From the NCBI GenBank assembly GCA_010909165.1, contig MU008174.1, positions 434,001 through 498,000 on the forward strand: 64,000 nucleotides of DNA, given 5' to 3'. The notes under the pieces were generated by a model. That model saw only the letters and a list, made by a program, of their open reading frames with translations, had not been told where the DNA came from and did no database searches. Shown here in pieces: positions 48,390 through 58,619 of this stretch. The DNA is from Anthoceros angustus (taxonomy: Eukaryota > Plantae > Anthocerotophyta). Position 1 is the stretch's first letter. Every line of letters begins with the position of its first letter. A program made the position numbers and the translations under genes.

Positions 48390-49670
48390 CTCTGACCAGC
48401 CGTCCGTCGGTAGGGCATCTCTCTTGTGGAGATGTACTTCAAGCATAGAAAGTTTGAGCATGCCCAACGTGTGTTTGATAGGTTGTGCTTGAAGAGCGTG
48501 GCTACTTGGAATGCAATGATCACAGGATTTCTTCAGCATGGGTTCGACGAGGAAGTCCTCAATCTTTATACGAGAATGCAAGACGAGGCTATCACCGCAC
48601 CCGATCATGTTAGCATGTTCCAGAACTGGAAATTTGCGGCAGGGTCAGCAACTTCACTCGCAACTTCAGCACAAGGGTTTTGAAGCCGATCTTGCTATAG
48701 GCAGTAGCCTGGTGGACATGTATGCCAAATGTGGCAGTGTAGAGGATGCTCGCAGGGTGTTTGACAGATTGCCCACAAGAGATGCAGTGACGTGGAGTTC
48801 CTTGATCGCAGGATATGCTCAGCAAGGACTTGGTCAGGAAGCTCTAGCGCTTTACAAAATGATGCAACAGGAGGACTTGCCTCCAGCAGATGCTGTTACA
48901 TATGTGTCCCTCCTAAGAGCGTGTGCCAGTATTGGGGCTTTGCATCTGGGAATGCATCTTCACGCCGAGATTCGGGAAAGAGGGCACAAAGTTGATGCCT
49001 TGGTCGGCAACAGCCTCGTGGACATGCATGCAAAATGTGGCAGCTTACAGGATGCTCGTAGAGTGTTCGACAGATCGCCCAGACCAGATGTAGTGACATG
49101 GACTGCGCTTATAACTGGTTGTGCCCAACACTGTGGCAGCCACATGGCAATCCAATGCTCGAAGAGATGGTGAGTTCACTCATGTGACTTTTATCTGTCT
49201 TCTCGTAGCATGCAGTCATGGGAGCCTAGTGAATCCTGCCCAGCAGTACTTCAACACGATGGTGGAGGACAATGGCATCAGCCCCAGTGTTCAACATTAT
49301 AGTTGCATGGTCGACATTCTTGGGCGATCAGGCCACCTGGACGAGGCTGAAATGATGCTGACACATCTGCCTCTAAAAAATCCTGTGGGGTGGAGAACTT
49401 TGCTAAGTGCTTGCAAAATCCATGGTGACGTTCTGATGCACAGAGGATACAAGACTTGAGAATGGCGGCAGGTGCTTTTAAGAAGCCTGCAAGGGCATGG
49501 ATTGGGGTGAACAAAAGACTTCAAACATTCATTGTCGGGGGAGAAAGGGATGACATCTCTTCCAAGCTCAAGAGTATGAATCTGAAGTTGGTGCAACAAG
49601 GGGGCCACGCTCCACACACAGGACTGGTACTCAAGCCAGTGTGAGAAACAGAAAAAGAAGGCGCCTTGGC
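48390..49670 (+). pseudogene. PLS-PPR pseudogene with a truncated DYW:KP-type C-terminal domain
   Basis: PPR motifs spread over several frames; C-terminal FKKPARAWIGVNKRLQTFIVG-ERDDISSKLKSMNLKLVQQGGHAPHTGLVLKPV*ETEKEGAL, after which similarity stops before the HxE zinc site. Confidence 0.82.
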
Positions 49671-50664
49671 TCACTTAAGCTCATCTCTGTCCCCGGAGGC
49701 GGACTGCTGCGGCTGCACATGCGTGTAGTATTGTCCTTTTTGTGCGACTTTTTGTCCCTCTCGCCGAGACCCCGGTGGTCTACATCCTTAACCCCAGATT
49801 GACTAATTAACCGGAATTTCGGAAATTCGGGCTAATTCGTTTTTATTTTTTATGGGTGGATGAAGCATCTGATAATTCAGGATAAATAAAGAGGAATCCT
49901 TGGCTGTCGACCAAGCTCAATGTTGTCGAAAACGGATGTATGTAATACCAAATGGTTTGATTGCAACCTCTTGAAGTTTTCTCCACGAGACGCAATTAAA
50001 ATGCGAATCTTCTAAGATGAAGAAGAATGCACTTTTCTCGTGTACTTTGAATAGATTGTCACACATTGATCCTTGAGGCAGAGTTTCAATCACCATCACA
50101 AAACTGCATGTATCCATTGATGCAGCCAGTTTAAATAAAGAGCTATAACTCTTTGTTGATTTGTAAAATTATTGGATAATGTTTTCCAATCTACAAACGT
50201 TTCCAAGTGACTAGGCAAAATGTAGTAACAACGACCACATTGTCCATTATTGGATAATGTCGTACCATGTTGTAACACCATGTAAAGGTGTTTATAATAG
50301 ACAACAATCTTAGATCCTATACCAAGAACATTTAGGGTTCTAGTCAGTAGGATCCAAGATTTAAACCATTATACTCCCTGAAAACTTTAGTTCCTTCAAA
50401 TTGTCAGATTTAGAGCGCTTTGAAATAAGGAACTCAATGGATTATTTATTCTTATATAACATAACTTAGGAATAATGTTGATCAACTGTTTTTATAATAT
50501 CATATGAACTAATTTCATAAACACTTACACACTTTTGATATATTAGATGATATTAATTAGATGCAATACTCATACCTATGTAGACGCCGAAGAACTAATT
50601 ACAATTTAAATAAAATAATTTCTTATTATAATGCAAAGTACATATGTATGGTCTTTAAATAGAC

Positions 50665-51804
50665 ATGGGTGCAAATCGTGGGGCGTGGGAGAGAATTCAA
50701 TCTATTTTTTCAAAGAGCAAAAAAGTTATTAGCTCAAAAAGTTTAAGTACAATAAATGAAATTACACTAGCATCAAAAGGATCTATAAAATCAGACCAAG
50801 AACTATTGAAATCTGCTTGTAAACATATCTTTCTTGAAAATCCACAAGTTTTTAAAACAAAGGTAGCTTTCAAGAAAAGATACAATGTGTATAAAGATCA
50901 TGCACTAGGTATAGGTAGTTATTCTCTTGTATTCAAATGTGTAGATAAATCCAATAAAAAAGAGTTAGCTTGTAAAGTGGTTGACAAATCCATAGTTTTG
51001 CCAAGTTGGGATTTTGTCCGAGGTCTTCAACTTGAAGTCAAAATATTGCAAGAAATTCTCCCTCCACATCCGTATATAATAGGTATAAATGGACTATTTG
51101 AAGATAAAAAAAAAGTGCACATTGTAATGGAACTATGTAAAGGTGGACAATTGTTTGAACGTGCTTTTAAATTTAATGAACAAAATGCGCGTAGAGTGTT
51201 TAGACAAATTATAGAGGCTGTGGAATTTTTTCATAGCCACGGTGTTGTGCATCGAGATTTGAAACCAGAAAATGTGTTATTTGTAAATGACTCGGATGAA
51301 TCTCCTGTAAAGATTATTGACTTTGGATTAGCCGCATACGATCCTAAAAAGTCTGTCAAGAATTTTGTTATGACTGATGTAGTAGGTACTCGAAAATATA
51401 TGGCTCCAGAACTTTTTAGAGTACGAGATAAAGGGCTCTCACATGGTAATCATGGTTCTAGTGTTGATATTTGGGCTTTGGGTGTAATATTATATGAACT
51501 ACTGTGTGGCTATATGAGTACTCCCTTTGATACTTATGAAGAAGCTATGGAAAGCTCTAGTATATCGCCTTCTAAATTAAGATTTGTTAGAGAAATGTTT
51601 CCAAAATCTGCCTCGGATTTACTAGTTAAAATATTCATTCAAGATAGTAGGCAACGTATAACAGCTCAAGGAATGTTGAAACATCCTTGGTTAATAGAAC
51701 AAGAAGAAATTTTAGATGAGAAGAATGCTAAAGATAGTACATTAGAAATCGAAAACAATAAAACCTCAAAAAAACAACCAAAATCTTGCATTATACATGA
51801 ATGA
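50665..51804 (+). CDS. Intronless Ser/Thr protein kinase, CAMK group (CDPK/PEPC-kinase-like catalytic domain, no EF hands)
   Basis: 379 aa with LGIGSYSLV, ACK, alphaC Glu (LEVKIL), MELCKGGQLF, HRDLKPEN, DFG, GTRKYMAPE and DIWALGV all intact; starts MG. Confidence 0.9.
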   Translation: MGANRGAWERIQSIFSKSKKVISSKSLSTINEITLASKGSIKSDQELLKSACKHIFLENPQVFKTKVAFKKRYNVYKDHALGIGSYSLVFKCVDKSNKKELACKVVDKSIVLPSWDFVRGLQLEVKILQEILPPHPYIIGINGLFEDKKKVHIVMELCKGGQLFERAFKFNEQNARRVFRQIIEAVEFFHSHGVVHRDLKPENVLFVNDSDESPVKIIDFGLAAYDPKKSVKNFVMTDVVGTRKYMAPELFRVRDKGLSHGNHGSSVDIWALGVILYELLCGYMSTPFDTYEEAMESSSISPSKLRFVREMFPKSASDLLVKIFIQDSRQRITAQGMLKHPWLIEQEEILDEKNAKDSTLEIENNKTSKKQPKSCIIHE

Positions 51805-52117
51805 TAACTCAAGTTCTCTTTCTTATGAAAAGATAACCATGTGGGAAAGATATGTAATAAACTGGACCAAGTTTAAGATAAATAATATCGTAATCTTAAT
51901 TCGTAACGTTTTATGGATTTTTATTTACAGTTTAATTTTATTTAAAAGTATTTTCACAACTCAAACTCATACTTACCAACCTATTTATCCTTCCTATTTA
52001 ATTTTACTTCCTTCTTTCACACATATCTATTGCCCTCTAAAGGGCACTATTGGGTGCAATGATAAAATACAACATCATAGCAGGTGATGCATCCTCAATA
52101 ACCCTCAGTGGTATGTC

Positions 52118-52392
52118 TGCCCTCGAGGTCTAAAGCGCAACATTCTCCCCCATTGATAACCTCCCTCGCATGAGGTCTGAAGCGAGGTCTAAAGCGTGAC
52201 ATTCTCCCCCGTAGATAGCCTCCCTCGTGCGAGGTCTAAAGTGCAAGATCCTTCCTCGTGCGAGGTCTAAAGTGCAAGATCCTCCGTCGTGCAAGGTCTA
52301 AAGTGCAAGATCCTCCCTCGTGGGAGCTCTAAAGCGCGGTATTCTCCCACGTTGATAGCACCGGCCTCGGACGTGGGAGGTTTAAGGCGCAA
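52118..52392. repeat. Minisatellite of 31-bp and ~50-bp related units (cctccctcgtgcgaggtctaaagtgcaagat)
   Basis: About 7-8 gaggtctaaag cores; one copy of the same unit lies at ~45999-46029 inside the OTU cassette. Confidence 0.85.
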
Positions 52393-53109
52393 GATGTTGG
52401 TACGATGTCAATCGACTTGTGGTATCTCACGGCCTCCCACTGGTTCTGTCTTCCTATAATTGCAGGGTCCTCAGCTCATGCAAACGTGTTGAATTGGAGC
52501 TTCAAATGTGACAACCAAAAGTTTGGAATACATACCAAACATAGAAATTTGATGGATCTAGAATCTTTATCCAAAAAATGGATTGTGTATACACATTTTT
52601 TGAGTACCAGTAAGTGTTTTGTCTAATTGTGAAGAAAGATGCAAATGCTATTATTGTAAATTGATTCTTTCAAATTCTTGTGAAATCAAGAAGACTAGTA
52701 GGTTTATTCTAATTTGTTTGACTACTTTTCGTCCTATATTCACGCTTGGACACACGAATGCAGCAAAGATGAAGTTAAACAAGTTAGGCACTTGATGAAT
52801 AAGTAGAGATAAAATAAATAGATAGAAGATAACTATATTATATACGATAAAATAAATAAAATAAATAAATATTATATGCAATGTTATTTTTAAGATATAT
52901 TCTAGATGTGGTGCCTTGGCTACTTCCCTACCACATAGCGTCATCCTTGAAAACACATCCGTTGCCGTTTCTCATTTGCCACCCATGAACAGAAGCGTTG
53001 AACGTCTGGTGGTCGTTGGGGTGCGGGACGGGGTGCTAGCTGACACGTCTGCTCTATGTTCCTTGGCACACTACTGTATGTATATACTGTTGTTTCTTGC
53101 TCTGACATT

Positions 53110-53375
53110 GAATTTGGACACCGTCCTACTGGTGTACGAGTGCATGCCTAGCCTCAGCCTGGATCGTCGCCTCTACCAGGACCAGAGGTGCTATCCTGGA
53201 CGCAGAGAGTTCATGTGCTCTCCACTGACTGGAAGACGGGCATTCTGCACCAGGACATCAAGCCGGGCAACATGCTGCTCGATTCCAAACTGGAAGCCTG
53301 GTTGGGAGAATTCGGCCCCTCCCACCTGGTGGAGGAGACTACCACCGCGGACGTCACGATGACAGAGTTAGCTTT
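53110..53375 (+). pseudogene. Receptor-like kinase (LecRK-like) kinase-domain fragment
   Basis: LLVYECMPSLSLDRRLY and DWKTGILHQDIKPGNMLLDSKLEAWLGEFGPSHLV (degenerate HRD and DFG) in different frames. Confidence 0.65.
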
Positions 53376-53633
53376 CTTCCTCTCTGTGAGGTGTATGTAG
53401 TGCGATTTCCCCAAAGAACAAATTCTTCTTGTATAATCAATCAGATTCAGGTACAAGAAAACCACAATGACAGGCTAATGAGGACCGACGTACCAGGCGC
53501 TTGTGGTGAAGCAGCACACTCTCTTCGTAGTACTATTTACAACACGCCTCTCATGGGTTCTACAAAATTGGGCTCTTTTGAGGTGGGATTCGCCTCATGA
53601 TGAATGTGAATCTTTGTTACAACCTTGTCCTGT

Positions 53634-56600
53634 CTACTTTGCCCGCTTCTTCTCTTCCGCCTTCTTTTTCCGCTCCTTAAGGACATCAATTGCTGCTTTC
53701 TTCCTAGCTTTCCCCATCTGAGGACATGTGCATTTGACTTGAGGTTAGAAACGTGAGAAGGTGGCGATTGCTGTAATTTACACACAGAAGCAGCGGATTG
53801 ACAAAAGTACCTGCATGGCCTCATAAAGCTTCCGCTTCTTCCGAGGCATCATGACCTGAGCCATAGACAGCTCTTCGTTGGCGGGTGCTGGAGCTGTGGC
53901 AGCCACTTGGGGCTTCAAAGGCGCTTCATCATCCTCTTCCAAGGAGGTGTCATCACCTTGCTCTTTGCGAACTCGGAGTGACTCAGAATAAGACACCCCA
54001 GCTATCTCCGTCTTCAGGTCCTCGAGATGGGCTGCTTCCGTCGCAGCAGCCTGCTCCAGCACAGGACCCCCACGTCAGTGCTATGCATGACACCAGGTAA
54101 TGCTGAGAGGGAAAGAGGCAACCAGAGGCTCCCTCGGTTAGTCAGGAAGCTGATATCGAGAAGGAAGTGCAAGCGGAAGGGCAAACCTCCAGCTGCTTTG
54201 CCGCTTCATCCAGCTCACTCCGGTGCAACGCAGCTGCTACTTCAATATGATTAGAATCATCATCTTCCATTCCAGGAAGTGGCAAAACGTGATTTGATCC
54301 AGCCTTCATCCGCTTGATGGTTTCTGCATACTCAGGCATGTAACCTTCAGCTTCATTGTCGACAAAAGGTGAAAGATGGGGAGGAGGAATCCTGCAGTCC
54401 AGATGCATTGAACTTGTAAGTCCAGAAACTAAACTACCCAGCTGTGGCTCAGCTGAACGGTAACTTGGTTGGTTGGTTGGTGCACTCACTTGCCAAGGAG
54501 GTATTCATCAGTAGGTAGCAGCAGCCGAAAATTTGCTGAGTCATACACCCATTGCGGCTGGACATAAACTCTTGACAGAAACTTGTGACCTTGGACTGGG
54601 CGGTCAACAACCTATACAGTAAACCAAAGTAAAGCCAAATGAGACAGCAACAACTTTCACATAGGAGATGAGCAAGAAGTAACAGAACCGTCAGAATTCC
54701 CTGCCTGATAATCAATGTCTTCATCAGTCTCAGGGAAAGGTGCAGCACGGCCATTCCATGAGACATCCCCTCCAAAAGCTCGGATAACGAATAGCAATGA
54801 CTCCCTGGGAACCTGTTCAGACCACCGTGGAGTGAGTGGGCAGTTCTTATCAAGAATGGGTGGGCAGTTTTTATTACACAACAGCTGTCTGCAGCTTGTG
54901 CATGCAGCATATGCATTACAGTTACCTCTCGACCAAGGAAAAACTTCAGTCCCTTGAACAGTTTACGGCATGTCTGGGTCTCAGAATCCTCCATATCCTC
55001 GTCTTCATTTGTCTTGGCTTCGTCAGCATCCCTTGCCATTTTACCATTCACTCCATTCTCTGAGTTAGACGCCTTATCGCCAGCCAACAGCTTGCTCTGC
55101 AAAGAAGCAAGCCTCTCCTGCGACTCCAGTATCTGTTTTTCTGTTTGCTCTGCCTGGGATTCTGGCATAGCAGCAGTAACATTCTCTTCCCCAGCAACTG
55201 GAGGTGGGGGCAAATCTGTAGCCAGATCCTTCATTACACCATAAAGTTCTGCAGCAAACAACTCAACTGAGAGAGAACAGCCACACAGAGATAGTAGAAG
55301 CCCAGAAGGAAAGAAGGATTCCATAACATTACCTGCAGCTTCAGCCTCCAGTTGATTGTTGAGAAGGGGAGGATATTGCAGACCAAAATCATGGTACAAC
55401 TTGAAGTTGACAAAACCAACAAGGGTCTGCATGACGGAGCAGAGTTTCAGTAAAGAGGACTAAATATAGTGCCACCAACCACACAACTACTACAAATGAG
55501 GGTACTGCCCCTTGACACATATGTATGCTCATACCTCATAAAACTCCACAAATGTAAGCATCACACGAAAGTCGACATCATCTGGAAGAACTTGGCTCAG
55601 CACATGTGGGGTAAGCCAGGTGATTTTTTGACCAGCTACTTCAGCCTGCATCCAGGTAAGTGCTTCACAGTTAGCCAAGGTGAGAATCAGATCACACCGT
55701 TGGCCGTGGAGGCAGGGCAGTGAAAATGCTCCACCAGGCTGATCATCACCTGATAATAAATGCCTTTCACAGCCACAAAAACTTTGCGCAATGCATATGA
55801 CCTTATGACGAAGGCTTGAAACTCAAGGGTAAGCCTGAAGGCAAGCAAACACAGTCAGTATAGCTGAGGCCCCGAATCCATACCATGAGCTGGAAGGAAT
55901 CATTCATGATGTAGTAAAACCACAAAGGGAATGACCGCTGCTTAGGACGTACCGCCGTGCAGACTGCACAACTTTGACTGGAATCTTGTGGGTTTTGTCA
56001 GCAGGGAGCACCGCAAAGAGATGTAACAGCGTCAATGGGTCATCCATGTCCCGAAGCGCATCAATAAATGAAGGGTATCTGTACAAAACCAACCAGCAAT
56101 GAGATCCCTGACGAAGCTTCACCATGACACGTGCCCAAGCTCTGACTGTCATCCAGGTGCCACATGGTGGCTAGACACAAACCTTTCCTTCACCAAATGA
56201 TCCAAGGAATAATCTGGCCTGCGGGCTACCAGGCGCTCAGCCAAGCTTTGGTTCTTCTTTGCCTTTGCCTTCCTCACCTTCTTTTCATAAGCCTTCAGAG
56301 CCCTGTACAATGACGAAATGTATCAGAAATCCGGGACACAAGGGGAGGAAACCTACACATTCATCCAGTACTCTTCACACCCAAACTCTTCTTCAGCAGA
56401 CTCGTGCAGATTCTCACCTTCCTTTCTCAAGCAAGGGCTCGTGCAGCAAAAAATTAATATCCTTAACATGATAGTAGGTCTTGCTGTGACCCTCAAACTT
56501 CTTCTTAGGCTCTCGAGGATGAATTCCCTTCAGGATACATAGCCGCCTGCAAATAACAAAAAACGATAAATCTTCCTATCCAGAATCACGACAGCAGATG

Positions 56601-56890
56601 CCAACGAAAACCGCAAAGCTACACCACGATCAATTCACCTGAAATCCGGCAGCTTAATCTGCAACTTATTGATCGCTTTATTCCTAGTAATGTACTTGGC
56701 AACATTTCCCTCCTTCCTCTTCCCCTGCTCGTCAGAAGCAGTCGAATTCCAGTTAGAACCACCCAGACCAACACAACGTCTCCGTCATCCCCGAATTCCA
56801 TCGCAATTCAACCTTAGTCCGTGAATCGCACGCCTAGCGAAACTGCACACAAATTTCATCACTCACCGGAGGCCGGTAATGCTTCGGCAT
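53634..56890 (-). CDS. PES: Pescadillo homolog (PES1/Nop7, 60S ribosome biogenesis, BRCT domain), 14 exons
   Basis: Exons 56890-56867, 56724-56639, 56546-56418, 56302-56183, 56078-55953, 55834-55750, 55645-55535, 55426-55333, 55248-54926, 54812-54705, 54611-54490, 54391-54187, 54050-53811, 53717-53634. Motifs [81 protein letters not shown]. Confidence 0.95.
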
Positions 56891-56958
56891 TGCGGATTTC
56901 CACTGCCACGAAGCTCCTCGCGCAGCGATCCCAGCTGCAACATCAACAACGAGTTAAG

Positions 56959-56971
56959 GGGTTTAGGGTTT
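56959..56971 (-). promoter_or_regulatory. Telo-box (AAACCCTA) upstream of Pescadillo
   Basis: gggtttagggttt about 75 bp upstream of the ATG; telo-boxes are established features of plant ribosome-biogenesis gene promoters. Confidence 0.6.
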
Positions 56972-57227
56972 TTGAGGTGATATTGTGAAACCTCAGCTGG
57001 GGTGACCCGCGTCCCGGGAGTCTTAGCCCTGTTGCCCGGGACTCTTAATAGACTTTACTATTTAAGAATTTATTACTATTTTCTAAATAGTCTAGTTATT
57101 ATTTATTCGAATTTATTATATATGTCTGCTTGCTTAGTGCTAATGATACATTTTTCAGCTTGATTAGTTATCGATACCTAAGTCAACTAGCTGTAGATTA
57201 AGGTTGACTCTAGGTGCTGGTGTGTAT

Positions 57228-58517
57228 ACCCATCACGGCTGGGCAAGGGAGCTGCTATTCAACGTGGAAGCAATTGACATGTTGGGGAGCGTGGGCAAGT
57301 TCATCATGATCCGAAGGCCTAATGTAATGGGCGGCCAGCGTCCTCTTTATGGATGCGTATTTTGAAATTCGTAGGGTTTAGTGTTTAGGGTGGCCGCCCA
57401 TTACGCTGGCCAGCGGCCAATGGCTGGAGCTCATTGAAGGCTTCGACCATTGTATTGCAAAGGTCATAGCTCCTGGGCATGTGTTTCAGTCCTGGATACC
57501 ATCTTTGCGATCGACCAAAGCTGTACATTGTGATTTGACATGTGAAAGATGTCATATTTTTTTGCTCATTCAATTTGAAACATACATTCAAATGATTGAG
57601 GGGATGGGTTACTTGTTTGATAAATGCAATGATTCAAACCCGTGAAAACCAAAACCCAAACAGACGTGAACGTCCTCGTAAACCAAAACGGCAAAGGAAT
57701 GATGCATAGGCTACGACCACAGCTGCCACACGCTTACGCAACTGCTTGATGAGGCAGGAGTTGGGGAGAAAGAAGACGCCAAGTCCATGGGCAAGAACAA
57801 TGGTTTTGACGACTCAGAAGTGGAGCGCATGTGGAACTTAGAAGTGGTCATACATTCAGTGTTGGCTCAAGGCCCGGATGAGTTACAGATTCTTCCCCAT
57901 GACCATTCTCGGCGTAGCCACTTGCATGTGCTCGTTTTAAAGTTTACCGTTTTGTCCCAGTCGTTGTGGACGCCGCCATGTTGACATTCACACACAACAT
58001 TCGGTTTTGTTTCTTTCCAAAGTATAACCATGTTTAGTTTTGATATGAATTTATTGAATGGTGTCCTTGAACACATCACAGAGGGCGCTGGCGGGCCGGC
58101 GCCTTAGACAAGCTCTCTATCATGTAAATGGAAAGAATGCAGACTTTGTGTTTGTAGACGGAATAAAGAGGCTAATGTCATTTTCAAGACCTAGGGTTTA
58201 AATCCTTTTAAGGATTGTGTCAATTTTGTGAAGGGGATCTTCCATAATTATGGTGTTGGTGGAACAAATGCGTAATTTAGCAATGGTGTTGGATTTAGTT
58301 TCCCTTAGGCACCGGATGAGTTACAACGTAGCCCCCGTCACATTCCTCCATTCTAAAGTAGACAGACTCAAAACATTGGATTGACGGTGAAAGGTCCATT
58401 TTTTTTGTGGTATAGGAAGTCCACCAGTAGTTCCCCACAATGTAGTACAAGGCTTGAGTGTTGTGATAAACCCGTCAGGGCACCGGCCGGCCGGCACCGT
58501 GATGGGTCATTGTAGTG
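57228..58517. mobile_element. Non-autonomous CACTA-like remnant related to the element at 61081
   Basis: Right end ccgtgatgggtcattGTAGTG (reverse complement CACTACaatgacccatcacgg); left side has acccatcacgg but no terminal CACTA; the internal peptide at 57770-57860 aligns with the last exon at 63600-63690. Confidence 0.5.
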
Positions 58518-58619
58518 GAGGCAACTAGTAAACATTTGGTGTGTAAGTGTATATGTACCCTAGGAATGGGGGTGATATTTTGAACCTGACGTAAAAGGCT
58601 ATTTTCGAACTTGGCAGTG

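Noticed and set aside
54449-55432. 327 aa single-exon ORF
   Set aside because: Read-through of Pescadillo exons and introns.
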